From Tricharina praecox (taxonomy: Eukaryota), in assembly GCF_024521635.1 (NCBI RefSeq), contig NW_026250431.1:186001-250000 (forward strand): a DNA stretch of 64,000 nt, given 5' to 3'. The notes under the pieces were generated by a model that saw only the letters and a list, made by a program, of their open reading frames with translations, was not told where the DNA came from and did no database searches. Below are positions 26,860 to 38,435 of the stretch, one piece after another. The position numbers and the translations under genes are program-made. Each line of letters starts with the position of its first letter. Within the stretch, counting starts at the first letter, position 1.

Positions 26860-27088
26860 AGAGGTGTGGGGGAGAATGTGGTCGGTGCTGGGGAGGGGAG
26901 ACATTTTGGTTCTGGAAGAGACGGACCTTGGATGAACTTCTGTTATCGCACAAAAGCCACCCATACATACGAATTTTCGGTCAAGTCTTTGCAAATGCAT
27001 TATGGCATCCGGGCACGGGCGTCAATTGCGCGGCTTCTTGCGTGGCATTTGGAGGATCCTTTCTTTCCAATGACTTCAATTACCGCCT

Positions 27089-27884
27089 TCATCTCGGACA
27101 GGATATTTTTTGGACTTGATCATAGTTTGTCGCCCCAGAAGCTGGTCTCTCTTTCGGCGGCAGCTTCTCTAAAGTAGCCGCTACATTCGCTAACTCCATT
27201 AACTTTGCTAACCCCTCGTCTCCAGAAATCTCTTTTTTAGTTGCTCCCTCCGCGATTGCCTCCTCCACAGCCGGTGACTCCGTCGGCCGCTCGGTCACCT
27301 CGGGCACCTCGGCCTGCTGCTTCGCGGTATCTCGCTCTATCCCATGCCGTCTGTCAGCGGGCTGTCTCGCACAACTCGGCCCCGAACTCTGAAAGCAACA
27401 TACGCTTAAGGCTGATGAGCAAGACCATCTCAGGAGTGCCCCTTAATGGCTCATCGCCGCCCTCCAGTACCCTCTTGTAGCACTTGCGACAAGCATCGAT
27501 CGACCGCGAGAAACCGGCGGCGCTTAGACTCCTCCGCACTTCCTTCCACTTGCCCTTCTTGCTATTCGGCGCTTCGGGCGAGATGAAGTTGAACAGCGCG
27601 CACACGAGCACCCGGAGCTCCTCGGTTCGCCAGGGCTGCGTTTTTCTCTCGAAGGGTTCCACGGGTGATCGGGGAGGGGCTGGGAGAGTTGCAAACGTGG
27701 GACTATGGGCCGGACAGGTTTGCGAGATGTGCGGCGAACACCGTGGTGAGAAGAGGGACAGGCGTGCAGACGAATGAAGAGGAGCTGGGTGTGCTAGCTC
27801 TAGGTTCGAGGTACGCTGAGCTTCGGCATGCTGCCCGGGGTGAGTGAGCGTTTCTTCTTCGGAGAGCAAAGTGGAGATGTTCAT
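27089..27884 (-). CDS. Myb/SANT-like (trihelix-type) DNA-binding protein (intron 27403-27337)
   Basis: WRTEELRVLV..KWKEVRRSLSAAGFSRSIDACRKCYKR. A GTATGT..GCTGAC..TAG intron joins the two ORFs of the track in frame. Confidence 0.7.
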
Positions 27885-29200
27885 GCTACTGCAGCATCAC
27901 TATCAACAAATAACGGAGGGAGTCTGGTGTGTACTTATGCCAAAATGTGCGTTTGTTTGCGTTTGTTACTGCCAGAGTGCCGAAACGACGCGAGAGGAGC
28001 GGATGTTGCGAGTGAGCATTGTGGCGACTTGACGGGTTATATCAGCGGCATCGACTGTGTCAACCTCATATGGCCTGATCTCGGTATGTCTCACTCAAGC
28101 ACTGGTCAAGCAAAACCAAAAAAGGCTGTGTTGATCATCAACACAGCCCGGAGAACCGGTCAGAGTCACCATTACGTTTGACGGCCGTTTCGTGCCATGG
28201 CCGCTATTACATCAACACATCTGCTTCCGTAGAAAGCTTAAATCGCGGTCTCAAGTGGACTAAAAATGGAGTTGGGGTAAGATACGTATCGCCAACCGAG
28301 TTTTTGCGGATACTTTCGTGACTTGTCCGTTGAGCGTCAGTTTCACGCTGGCATCCGAATATTGCTCTCGTTCCCGAAGACCACAATTAAGCCTCCGCAT
28401 GAAAGAACGAAAGATTTGGACAAGCAATCGCAGGCCAGTCCCGCATTGTGTAATGCGCATGGTTAGACTCTCGCAATTTAGATCTGCAGGTGTAATTTCT
28501 TCGACTACGTATCGGTGCACAGAGCCGAGTGATATCCCGTGATTGTCTGCATGAAACGTCATGACATTTTAGCATGCTGGAGGTGTCGGTTGCTTTATCG
28601 CGTTGACCATAGATGACGCGAATATATGACACCGGATTGTCCGACGTGAGCGGCCAGGCGAAGCCGGTGCGCTACCAGTTCAGTGTGCATAGGACGGTTA
28701 GCACCCGACGGTTAGGACACGGCCGCGATGAGGACCGGCCATCTTGTTGACCGCGATAGCGAGCCAGATGCTCACAGTTCCAATTCTGAATCATCCCACG
28801 ACGCGGAAAAGACGTCGCCTATGTATCCCCGGCCAATTGCAGGCAGAAACGTCACCATTCCGGTGGACTTTTGAAGTGTATGTCTAGTGTTTCGTAGGGA
28901 AGCTTTTAACACCTACCTGGTAAGCTCGGATACGGTACGAGACGGAATACTAATGTTTAAGATACAAGCGGTTGTAGTAACTGGAAATTCAACGAGGGAT
29001 GGTAGTACGAAAAGCACTTTTTCAGGCACATCAAGCGGTCAATTCTGTTGGAGAAGCTGGGGACAAAAGAGCATCATCATGTAGCTTGTACAACATACAA
29101 GATTCACCGACTTTTAGAAACAAGCAAACGCCATAGGGGAGGGACACATAAAGAGATTGGAATTGAGCACGGTAACAGCACTAGCTACCAATCCACCTCT

Positions 29201-29978
29201 CTAGATAGTCGTCTCGTACGCCAGCGCGTTGACGGTCTCCGGCTCGGCGGCGGCAACGGTGTGGGCGGTCCGAGGCTGGGTAGCCATTCTCTTCAGGTGC
29301 ACACGGGTTCCCTCCTCCTTCGCAGTCGTCCTCTTGGCGGCGTTGTCCTTGACACGGTCGACGAACTCCTTGCGGCACTTGGAGTGCTTGACGTGCTCGA
29401 CACGGACGTTCACGCGCTTCTCCAGGTAGCGGTTGCCGACACGCTTGTAGATGATGACACCGAGAGCCGACTTGGTGACATTGTAGACAACACCGGTCTT
29501 TCCGTGGTAGACCTTGTGGGGCATACTGCGATGCGGGTCAGCAAGAGTCCGATCGAAAAACGACACCGGATTCCATTCTGCGTCGACCGAACCCGCGCAT
29601 TCGACCGTGTAGGAGCGGGAGCTTCGGGCGTGCTCGACGCAGGGAATTCGGTGGGGATCATAGGAGGTTCGACTCACCCCTTCTGGACGGCACCGTTTGC
29701 CTTGATATCGACGATATCACCGACACTAAAACCATTAGAACCTCCAATCTTCTACCATTCACTCCAAGGATAGAACATACCGGTACTGCTGCAGGTAGAC
29801 CGACATGGCGATCATACCCTTCTCGCGGAAGTTACGCGAGAAGGCATATCTCGTGCCGGAACGAATACCACCGGAGTGACCCCTTCAAACAAGCTCCGTC
29901 AGTAGGCGAACGAGCACATCTCCGCGAGCGAGATAGAGCCGCGGGCGATGCTTTGACGGCATGTCGGCAGACGTACAT
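29201..29978 (-). CDS. RPL21: 60S ribosomal protein L21 (eL21), 4 exons, start codon split AT|G
   Basis: M|GHSGGIRSGTRYAFSRNF..YR|VGDIVDIKANGAVQKG|MPHKVYHGKTGVVYNVTK..RVEHVKHSKC..YETTI*. Confidence 0.96.
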
Positions 29979-30161
29979 TTTTGATTATTTTTCGGGGGTT
30001 GTTGCTGAACGTTTCGGTCGGGTGGTCGGAGGGCGGTGGATTCGCTGGGTCGCTGGGGTCGTCGTCGTCGTCGTCGGGGTGATTCTCGTTTCGCAGTTGG
30101 GTGCCCGAATTGTTGGTGGTGTGGAAATTCGCTTGGGTGGGATTTGTGCGTTGCAGGGGTG

Positions 30162-30170
30162 TTAGCCCTA
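30162..30170. promoter_or_regulatory. Tbf1-like (TAGGGCTA) element in the RPL21/RPS9 bidirectional promoter
   Basis: TTAGCCCTA lies near the middle of the ~395-bp intergenic region and resembles the ribosomal-protein promoter motif described in Candida and other ascomycetes. Confidence 0.4.
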
Positions 30171-30373
30171 CATTTAGCAGTCCCATCTACCCCCACACAA
30201 ACTTTGGTGCCGCACACAACAAACGAGAATCATCACCAAGGCACGCGCCCGCCCAATATTGTCCGACGACGATCGAAGCCCACCGACAACCCTTCCGCCC
30301 ACCGACTACCGACGCCGACAACTCGAAGGAAACGACATCAGTTTAATCGCACTCCTTCGTCGATCTAATCACA

Positions 30374-31156
30374 ATGGCCCCTATTTCCTACTCCAAGACC
30401 TACAATATGTTTCCCCGGCACCCGAGCACTCTAAGTCTTATGCGCTGACTAGCCATGCACAGGTTCCCAGGCGTCCCTTCGAGTCCGCGCGTCTGTGAGT
30501 TCCACTGTTGTCGAGCTTGTCTCTTCACATGTCTCCTTCGAAACGCTGCATAAGGACTACCGACTGACCTCCCTGCGATTTCTAGCGATGCCGAATTGAA
30601 GACCGTCGGTGAATACGGTCTGCGCAACAAGCGTGAGGTGTGGCGTGTCCAGCTCACCCTGTCCAAGATTCGGTCGGTGCCACTCGCAATCACGGTTCTA
30701 CATTTGGATGACAATGGCTGACATGGTGATAGTCGTGCTGCCCGTCAGCTTTTGACCCTGGACGAGAAGGACCCCAAGCGTCTGTTCGAGGGTAACGCCT
30801 TGATTCGCCGTCTCGTACGAGTCGGTGTCCTGGACGACCAGCGCATGAAGCTCGATTACGTCTTGGCCCTTCGCGTCGAGGACTTCTTGGAGCGTCGTCT
30901 CCAGACTCAGGTCTACAAGCTCGGTCTCGCCAAGTCCATCCACCACGCCCGTGTCCTGATCCGTCAGCGTCACATCCGTGTCGGCAAGCAGATCGTCAAC
31001 GTCCCTTCGTTCGTCGTCCGTCTCGACTCGCAGAAGCACATCGATTTCGCTCTGAGCTCGCCCTTCGGTGGTGGACGCGCCGGTCGCGCTCAGCGCAAGA
31101 AGGCCAAGGCCGCTGAGGCCAAGAACGATGGTGGTGATGAGGAGGATGATGAGTAG
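30374..31156 (+). CDS. RPS9: 40S ribosomal protein S9 (uS4), 4 exons; intron 1 inferred AT-AC
   Basis: [10 protein letters not shown](K)[70 protein letters not shown]. Confidence 0.96.
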
Positions 31157-32280
31157 ATATTTTCAATGACCTACTCATAAATTCTATACCTCTGAGCAAA
31201 AGTTGTGTTTTACTCGTTTCGATGATGTACTAGTAATCCCGTGATCAGAAAGGAGATGGAAATGAACCATAGTTGCATCGGAAGTCCCATTACCCAACCT
31301 CACCTCGGCGGCTCGTGGATTTTACGATTCCACGTTCTCACAACCGGAAGTGTTTCTTCAGCCATCTGCCTACATAGTACATATGTCTCCGTCATCCGTA
31401 CCATCGCTTGCTTGAGCTCCTCGGTGCACGTCTGCGTCCTCGAGCTCCTCCGGCTACTACTGCACGTTCTCAGGCAGTCCCGTCTAGTTCTCCGCAATTG
31501 AAGATCTTGCCTTGTTGCCGATCAATCTTGCCTTGTTGCCAAATATACCTCCTCTTGTCGATTAGCCAGTTATGCTAGTTAGGGATGGGTACCTGCCTCC
31601 ACGTGAGAACCGGTACGCTCGCTGCTGCCTGGTACGGCAAGGTAGCACTGAAGAATCATGAGTCGTCACTCACAAATCCTTGAGTGGGATGCGGGCTCTC
31701 AAGCAGACCCGAGTTGGCTCGTTAGGGTCGGGCCGAAAAATCCGGGACGAACACCTGGGTCAACTTAGCTCGTGCCCAACACTAGACTTGGTCCCTTATA
31801 TATAGACGTCGTGTACCTCTCTTTCGGACCTGTCCCTACACGGCCGCTTGGAGGGCAATTTACTTTCTATCATCCTCGGCCATGAGCGTAGGCTGGAGGG
31901 ATCTAGACATGACAAGTGAGAACAAACTTTAGCTTAGGTCTGTCAACAAATATGGCCAGAATGGCTCCACGGTGTGAGGGCTTAAGTCACTACCTATAAC
32001 CAAGTTGTACATATACCTAGACTTCGTGATAGTGCCTGGTTTCCCTTTCTTATAGTTATATACAAGCGGCTCGAGCTTGAATTCTATCGAGTCACTGAGA
32101 ATGCACCTTCTATAGCTTCGCCGTCAGATCTCGTGCCTTCATACTCCCATGCCCACAAGAGAGGTAAAGAATTTTGACCATTATTTCTGAAAGTAGTTAG
32201 CGGCTTCCTGAGATTATGAAAGCAAGCAACCCTGTTCAACGCCAGTCGTCGACCAAGGACCTTCTAAGCATTAGCTCTCC

Positions 32281-32374
32281 CACCCACACAGCAGCTCACC
32301 CCTCGCGCCTCTCCGCAGCCTCCCCCACCCACACAACAGCTCACCCATCGCGCCTCTCCGCAGCCTCCCCCACC
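32281..32374. repeat. 45-bp direct tandem duplication immediately upstream of an ATG
   Basis: CACCCACACA(G/A)CAGCTCACCC(C/A)TCGCGCCTCTCCGCAGCCTCCCC occurs twice. Confidence 0.8.
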
Positions 32375-32389
32375 GCCATTTCCACCGCC

Positions 32390-33693
32390 ATGAGCCAATA
32401 CACAGACGACTTTATAACCTCGCTGCTGAAGAAAGAAGCAGCGGTGCAAGCCACCCGCTTCGGAGGCCCCGCGGCTCCCGCAACTAGGTAGGAAGCTCCA
32501 CCACCCATCACCCCTTCCACACGCGACCCGATACCAATGACCGACCGCCCCCGATTTACAGACCCGCCAGAATCCCGAAACCGAACACGCGCTTCCTGCG
32601 GAACATTGTGCGCGAGGTCGATTCGCACAACACTGCGCTGCTGGCGCGCGAGGCCGCAGAGGCGCAGGCGCGACTGCGACGGCTGAGGAGGAAGGCTGAT
32701 GGGAGGTTGTCGAGGTCGCCCGAGAGGGAGCGGGAGAGGAGTAGGGAGCGGGAAGTGAAGGCGATGGAGAAGAAGCAGGAGAGGGAGAGGGAGAGGGAGA
32801 GGGAGAGGGAGAGGGAAGGGCGCCTGTCGAGATCCCCCGAGGGCGCCCGTCAAGCCCGGCGTCGCCATCACGAGCGCGACGATCACAGCCGCAGCGAGAG
32901 ACGCCGCAGGCACGGCAGTCGCGAGAAGTCGCCGAAGAACGGAGAGACGGATCGCGCGCGACATACGGACAGGCACAAGAAGCGGTCGCGGTCAGAACCC
33001 CCGGAGGGTGATAGACACACCAACCACCATCACCGACACAAGGACCGCGATAGACGTTCGAGACACAACCGGAGTCGATCGAGGTCGAAGCAGGGACGGC
33101 GGAGACGCAGACACCGTGACAAGGAATTGGAAGAGAAAGATGGCGGCTCGGTGGATGAGCGACACCGGGAGAAGAAACGGCGGATGAGCGATTCCAAAGC
33201 CAAGGATCTGCCGGCGGATGCCCACGATGATCATCGGAAATTGGGCGACCGCGGTCCTAGCAGGCACGAGCGGTCCGCCAGCCAATCCTCTGATGCTTCG
33301 GAAGATTTCATCGGACCTGCCGCCCAGACGCAAGCGGAACCCCGCGCACGAGGCCGCGGCACCACCGGCAAAGCAGCTATGGATTCCCGCTTCCTCGACG
33401 ACTACAATCCCGCGCTTGACAGTCAATCTCCGGTCGACGAAGTGGAGGCGTTCCGAGATCGACAGAGACTGAAGAATCAGGGCGCCCAGCGACTGCGCGC
33501 CGAGAGACCCGGTGAAGACTTCATCAAGGCGTGGGAAGACAACGACACGCAGAACCCCAACAACATAAAATGGACGAAAAAGGGCGACACAAGGGAGTGG
33601 GATAGAGGGAAGGTTCTAGAGGATGATAGCAGTGGCGATTTACGGGCGGATTGGATCAAGGCCCTCACTCTCGGAAGCTCAATTGACCGATAA
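32390..33693 (+). CDS. Conserved fungal Arg/Ser-rich nuclear protein (possibly splicing-associated), 2 exons
   Basis: TDDFITSLLKKEA, PKPNTRFLRNIVREVDSHNTALL, a long RS/RE-rich middle, MDSRF..YNP and IKWTKKGDTREWDRGKV. Confidence 0.8.
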
Positions 33694-34082
33694 CTGCGGG
33701 GAGGGGAGACGTCTTGACGACAGGATCATATCGGTGATGTAAATAGGTAGAGGGATGAATAATGGGAGGTTGCTGGTGTTTTTGGTACACATACTGCTCT
33801 CTTCACGTGATGGCATGCGGTTATCGTGTCGAGTTCGTCAAATGAGACTTTCATTTCTGTACGTGGTCCTTCCTAGCAAACGAAAGTCTTGACCATGGTA
33901 CCTATGTGCGTGCCCTCAAAACGTGAACTGACAACGGAGCGTCCGAGTATAATAAACCTATGTTTCGGTTCCTAGCAGACAGACAGCCTCCACCCTGTAC
34001 ATCGTGGTAATTATCAACACCTAATCCCATCACCTCCGCATCCAAGAAAAGGGAATATGGAAATACCACCTGGTGACTCCAA

Positions 34083-35364
34083 TCAATCACCCCTCGCATT
34101 CATATTCTCGTTCGCCTCCTCCTCCCTCGCAACTGCCCACCTCACGGCCTCTTCCACATTATTTACAACTACCTTCGCACCCCCATCATCGTCTCCATTC
34201 CTGTACACGCCCGTCTTTACCAGGATACTGACCCACTCCGTGCCCCAGGGGCTCTTATACCCATTCGCACCGGCAATATCGCTCTTCGGATTATCGCCGA
34301 CCATGTACACTCTCCTGAGCTCGGGATGTTCACTCTCCTCGCCCAGCTGCTGCATTCTCCACGCGGTGAGGACGTTCTCGGCGTACTCATACGTCGGCTG
34401 ATGCGGCTTGCCTATCGTCGTCGCCTTGAGCTCGCCTTTTCCATCCGTGATGGTCCGCCACAGCCCCTCGAGCGCCGCGCGGAAGCCGCCCTGCCCGAGA
34501 CGAGGCTGCGGGTACTCGTTGGCCCACCACAGGTCCGGGTTTGAGAAGTAGAGCGGGATGTGCCCGTCCTTGAGCACCTTCGAGACCGGACGGCGCGATC
34601 CGATGCGGCCCGAGTCGGACAGGAGGAGGTCGATTATCAACTGCAGGTCCAGGGCGTGCACAATTCGTTAGCCAGGGACGGAGAAGCGAAGGGGCGAGGG
34701 TGGGGGCGGGAGGGCGGGGGCACATATCCAATCCCTTGAATCATTGAAGCATAGGATAGCATCGACCTTCCTCCCCTTGGCGACGGGGCGAGCATACTTC
34801 TCCCACGCCGCCGGATCACTGAACGGCGCGACCTCCGGCCATTTGACCAGTACATCCGCTGGGATCAGAACATCTTGGAACCCATACTGCTCCGCGACGG
34901 CACGGCAGTTATCGCCCGCGCCCCCGACGACAAGCACATTCTCCATGCCGCGCGACTGCGCGTGCATGCGGAACGGCGTGTGCGACTGTACGAACTGCTG
35001 GATGTGTAGCGGCGTGTCGAGCAGCTTCGACAGCTGCCGGATCCGCCGAGACTCCGACGTGCCCCCGCCATTTGTTAGCAGCAGGAACTCGAGCCGCTTC
35101 TGCTGTAGGTATTGCAATGTGCGCGTCGCGCCCGAGAGTGGCGTAGAGCCGTGTAGAAGGACGCCATCGATGCTGTATACCGAGGCTCGCACGGGTCAGT
35201 TCCGGCTACATAGAGGGGAAGACGGGATGTGGGGAAGCGCGGGGGAGGGGCGGTTACTCAAATGCGAAGCCGTAGTCGGGAGGTGGCGCGCGTTGTTGGA
35301 AGGTGCGGACCGATGTGGGACCGCCAAGGGTGCGGAGGCACGGCCGGAGTTTTGTTGCGAGCAT
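34083..35364 (-). CDS. HAD-IIA hydrolase, CECR5/HDHD5-like, probably mitochondrial (3 exons)
   Basis: Basic presequence; GFAF|DIDGVLL motif, LLTNGGG, FNDSRDW, SNPDLWW, GKP, YMVGDNPKSDIAGAN. Confidence 0.9.
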
Positions 35365-35640
35365 CGTGGGCTGAAAGTATGTGGGTGGGTGGGTGAGCAA
35401 AGTCGGGGCACGGGAGTGATCGGTGGGGCACAGGTGTTTGGTGCAGGGGAGGGTGGCCAATCCCAGGAGATCTCAGCTTACGCGATTTTAAGCAGAAAAA
35501 TCAATGACTTTAGCGACGCAGTAATGCATCACTTGTCACGAGCGGGGGAGAGATCAATTGCACCAAGAAAGGAGGCCATGCATCTATCGTACATTCACAC
35601 CCTATATACACATCCAAGTCCTAGCCTTCAAGCCTTCAAT

Positions 35641-38196
35641 CTACATACCCGCATCCTTCTTCTTCCTCTGCGACGCCCTTTCCAAAGTGAGGCCCTTCCC
35701 TCTCTCCTTCTTGATCTCGACCTCCTTCTTGCCCCAATGCTTCTTCTTGCCCTTGACCTTCCACTCGACCTCCTTCTTCTCCTCCTTGACGACCTTCATC
35801 TTCTTCTGCTTTTCGCCGAGCTTGATATTCCTCGCGATCTTCGTCTTTGCGCCGAGCGCCCACAGGTCTCCCCACTTGCTCTTCCGCGCATCCCTAAACG
35901 CAACCTTTCCGTACGAGCGCGGGACAGTCCACCGCTCGATCTTTCCCTTCGGCGTGCACACGTCGATGACGACGTGGCCGGTGCGTTTCATTGGCGGAAA
36001 GATGGCGCGCGGGAGAGTGTAAGCGTGTGCCCGTAGTTGCGCCATCGAGTACGGACTGACGGGGGGTGTGACCTTGGTGTCAAAGTCCTCGATTTTGGGT
36101 TCTATGGGCGGCGATTCCTGGCGAGTGACGTCGATGCCGCGGCGGACGGCGACGTACGAGTAGATCAGGTCCTCGTGGTTGCGTTTTTTTGCGCCGAGAA
36201 CGCGCTGCATGTAGTTTGGTCGCTGGTAGCGGTGCGAGAAGCTGCAGAAGTCGCGGCTGATGGATTTGGCCGGGCCATTGACGTAGAGCGGGCATTCACT
36301 GTGGTTCGTGCATGGCGCTACGATGCTAGACGTTTCCTTGCGTGTGCGTGGTGATGAGACGTCCTCCGTTTCCTTGAGCGGAACGAATTCGCTGTCGGCG
36401 GTGGCGATGTTGTATTTCAGCAGCCCTTTGCGGGCTCCTGCGATGGCTTCGAAGCCACGCGGGGTGCCCTTCTCTACTAAGAGGAGCACGCCGCCGTTGG
36501 GGTTGAGGAGGGACCACAGCCTTTGGACGTGGGATTTGCGCTTGTGGCTTTCGTAGATGGGGAGGATGGTGTTTGTTGCGATGATGAGATCGTAAAGCTT
36601 TCGTGGTTGCTTATCGACGAATCCAGGCTTTGCCGGTGCGGAGGTTTGCTCTTCAGCGGTTTGCTCTTCAGCGGTTTGCTCTTCAGCGGTTTGCTCTTCA
36701 GCGGTTTGCTCTTGGAGGGTTTGCTCTTCAGCCGTTTGCTCTTCGAGAGTTTGCGCTTCGAGAGTTTGCGCTTCGGGGGTGCCTTCGGGCTCGATGTTAG
36801 CCTCAAAGTTCAGATCGTCCAGGGAGACAGTCTGTGGACCGGGCATATCGGGAAGGCGGGGGATGAAGGTGGTGTTCTCAAGAAGTTTAGCCATGCGGTA
36901 ACGCAGTGGTTGTGAGCCCATCACGACCACTGCCTTCTGCTCAGTAGGAGTGGGAATTTCCTCTGTAGTTTCGGTCGGTGTTGGTTCTTCAGTCTTCTCC
37001 GCACCATCAATCTCGGATGCTTCGTCCGCAAGAAGTTGCCGCTCGGCTTCCACCATCGCCCGCCAGGCAAGCACTCCAGCACCACCCGTTCCGACATCGA
37101 GAACAAGTTTGACACCCTTCTCCCCGCTGTGCTCGTTGCCCAGGATCCAGTCCCGTCCCAGCCGCCGTCGCAGCTCCGTCAGCGTGCTGAGCGACTGCGC
37201 GTAGTACCCGGGAAGAATCGTGGCCATGTGGACATTGGCATCCATCTCGCTCATGGCGTTGGACGTGTTGAGGGGTATAGAGTTGTACGCCTTGTCGGAG
37301 TGTTCCGTCCTGATGGGGGTTTTCTCGAGCGACGCTCCGAGGATCCTGAAGATGGCATCGTCGAGATGTTTATTGCTGACGCCCGATAGCAGTGCAGCCG
37401 TTGGCTTTGTGATGCCGACAGGCGTGAAGGTGGTGGTGGGAAACGTTCCGAACCGTCCGAGCTCGGTGAGCGGATGTGTGCGCATCAAAAGTTCTTCGTC
37501 GACCTCCGCCTCCGCATCGTGCTCTCCCTCCAATACCCTACCGCCATCTTCCTCGGCCAGACTCATTGACCGCTGGATATCTTCGCCAATGCGCGCATAC
37601 ATGGCTGCCTCCTCCGCACTCCGCGCTCTCACGAACCCTTCCGGCACTTCTTCCTCTACCTCCTCTACCCCCTCTGCCTTCGCTGCCTTCGCTGCCTTCG
37701 CTGCCTCCTCCCCCTCCTCCTCCACCGGCTCGACATCGTACTCGATCGGCACGCCATTGGCATCCTGCAGCGTCGCGAGTCCATCCACATCCCCATCCTC
37801 ACCCTCAGCTATTCCATACTCCTCCTCGACCTCTTCCGGCGTGAGAGTGCGCACAGGCGGGCCGTAATACCGCTCGTAGATCTTGTACTCCTCCTCTGAC
37901 AGCAACCCCTCGGGCAAGTTTTCTCCCCACACTTCGCGCACGTTCCGAACGTAGGCCTCGATCGGCAGCTCGTTGGCATACGGATCGGAGTATACCTGCT
38001 GTTGTGGATCTTTGGGCACGGCAGCGGCGGCGGTGCCATTGTTCGCGACGATCTCGTTGCGGCGGGCGGGAGTGGTGGCGAAGCTTCTGCTTCTGCTGCT
38101 GGCGGCGGAGGCGCGGCAAAAGTACTCGGGCTTTGGGAGGAGACTGTGGCGGGTGAGGGTACGAGCGCAATGGAGGGAGCGCCGGGCGACGAGCAT
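35641..38196 (-). CDS. RSM22: Mitochondrial small ribosomal subunit factor Rsm22/METTL17-like
   Basis: Presequence MLVARRSLHCART; VLDVGTGG, LVEKGTPRGFEAIAGAR, IVAPCTNHSECP, CSFSHRYQRP, GHVVIDVCT, FRDARKSKWGDLW. Confidence 0.9.
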   Translation of the reverse strand: MLVARRSLHCARTLTRHSLLPKPEYFCRASAASSRSRSFATTPARRNEIVANNGTAAAAVPKDPQQQVYSDPYANELPIEAYVRNVREVWGENLPEGLLSEEEYKIYERYYGPPVRTLTPEEVEEEYGIAEGEDGDVDGLATLQDANGVPIEYDVEPVEEEGEEAAKAAKAAKAEGVEEVEEEVPEGFVRARSAEEAAMYARIGEDIQRSMSLAEEDGGRVLEGEHDAEAEVDEELLMRTHPLTELGRFGTFPTTTFTPVGITKPTAALLSGVSNKHLDDAIFRILGASLEKTPIRTEHSDKAYNSIPLNTSNAMSEMDANVHMATILPGYYAQSLSTLTELRRRLGRDWILGNEHSGEKGVKLVLDVGTGGAGVLAWRAMVEAERQLLADEASEIDGAEKTEEPTPTETTEEIPTPTEQKAVVVMGSQPLRYRMAKLLENTTFIPRLPDMPGPQTVSLDDLNFEANIEPEGTPEAQTLEAQTLEEQTAEEQTLQEQTAEEQTAEEQTAEEQTAEEQTSAPAKPGFVDKQPRKLYDLIIATNTILPIYESHKRKSHVQRLWSLLNPNGGVLLLVEKGTPRGFEAIAGARKGLLKYNIATADSEFVPLKETEDVSSPRTRKETSSIVAPCTNHSECPLYVNGPAKSISRDFCSFSHRYQRPNYMQRVLGAKKRNHEDLIYSYVAVRRGIDVTRQESPPIEPKIEDFDTKVTPPVSPYSMAQLRAHAYTLPRAIFPPMKRTGHVVIDVCTPKGKIERWTVPRSYGKVAFRDARKSKWGDLWALGAKTKIARNIKLGEKQKKMKVVKEEKKEVEWKVKGKKKHWGKKEVEIKKERGKGLTLERASQRKKKDAGM
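36640..36774 (-). repeat. In-frame 15-bp minisatellite (about 9 x EEQTA-like) within RSM22
   Basis: GGTTTGCTCTTCAGC units; protein EAQTL EAQTL EEQTA EEQTL QEQTA EEQTA EEQTA EEQTA EEQTS. Confidence 0.9.
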
Positions 38197-38435
38197 CGGG
38201 TACGTGGTTCTCGTGGGTGGACTGGGTGTGTTTTCAGGGGTCTCCACTCGGTCTGCAGATGAGGATTTTTTTGCGAGGCGCGTCGGGATGTGCAACTTTA
38301 ATGCCCCGCCATTAGCGGCGATCCGGCTCGCAACCCCCGCTGCCCCTGCAAGTTCGCGGAACAAAATACATGTGTAAAAAAGAACGGCGTGCCGAAGCTC
38401 CGATTCCGCATGGGAGCACGCGGTTTTAATTCCCC

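Noticed and set aside
28260..28562. 100-aa minus-strand ORF, and similarly 51769-52158 (+)
   Set aside because: No recognisable motif or supporting gene signals; left uncalled.
30405..30460. U12-type minor intron
   Set aside because: The 5' end is ATATGT rather than ATATCC, and the branch site is GCTGAC rather than TCCTTAAC; the signals are U2-like.
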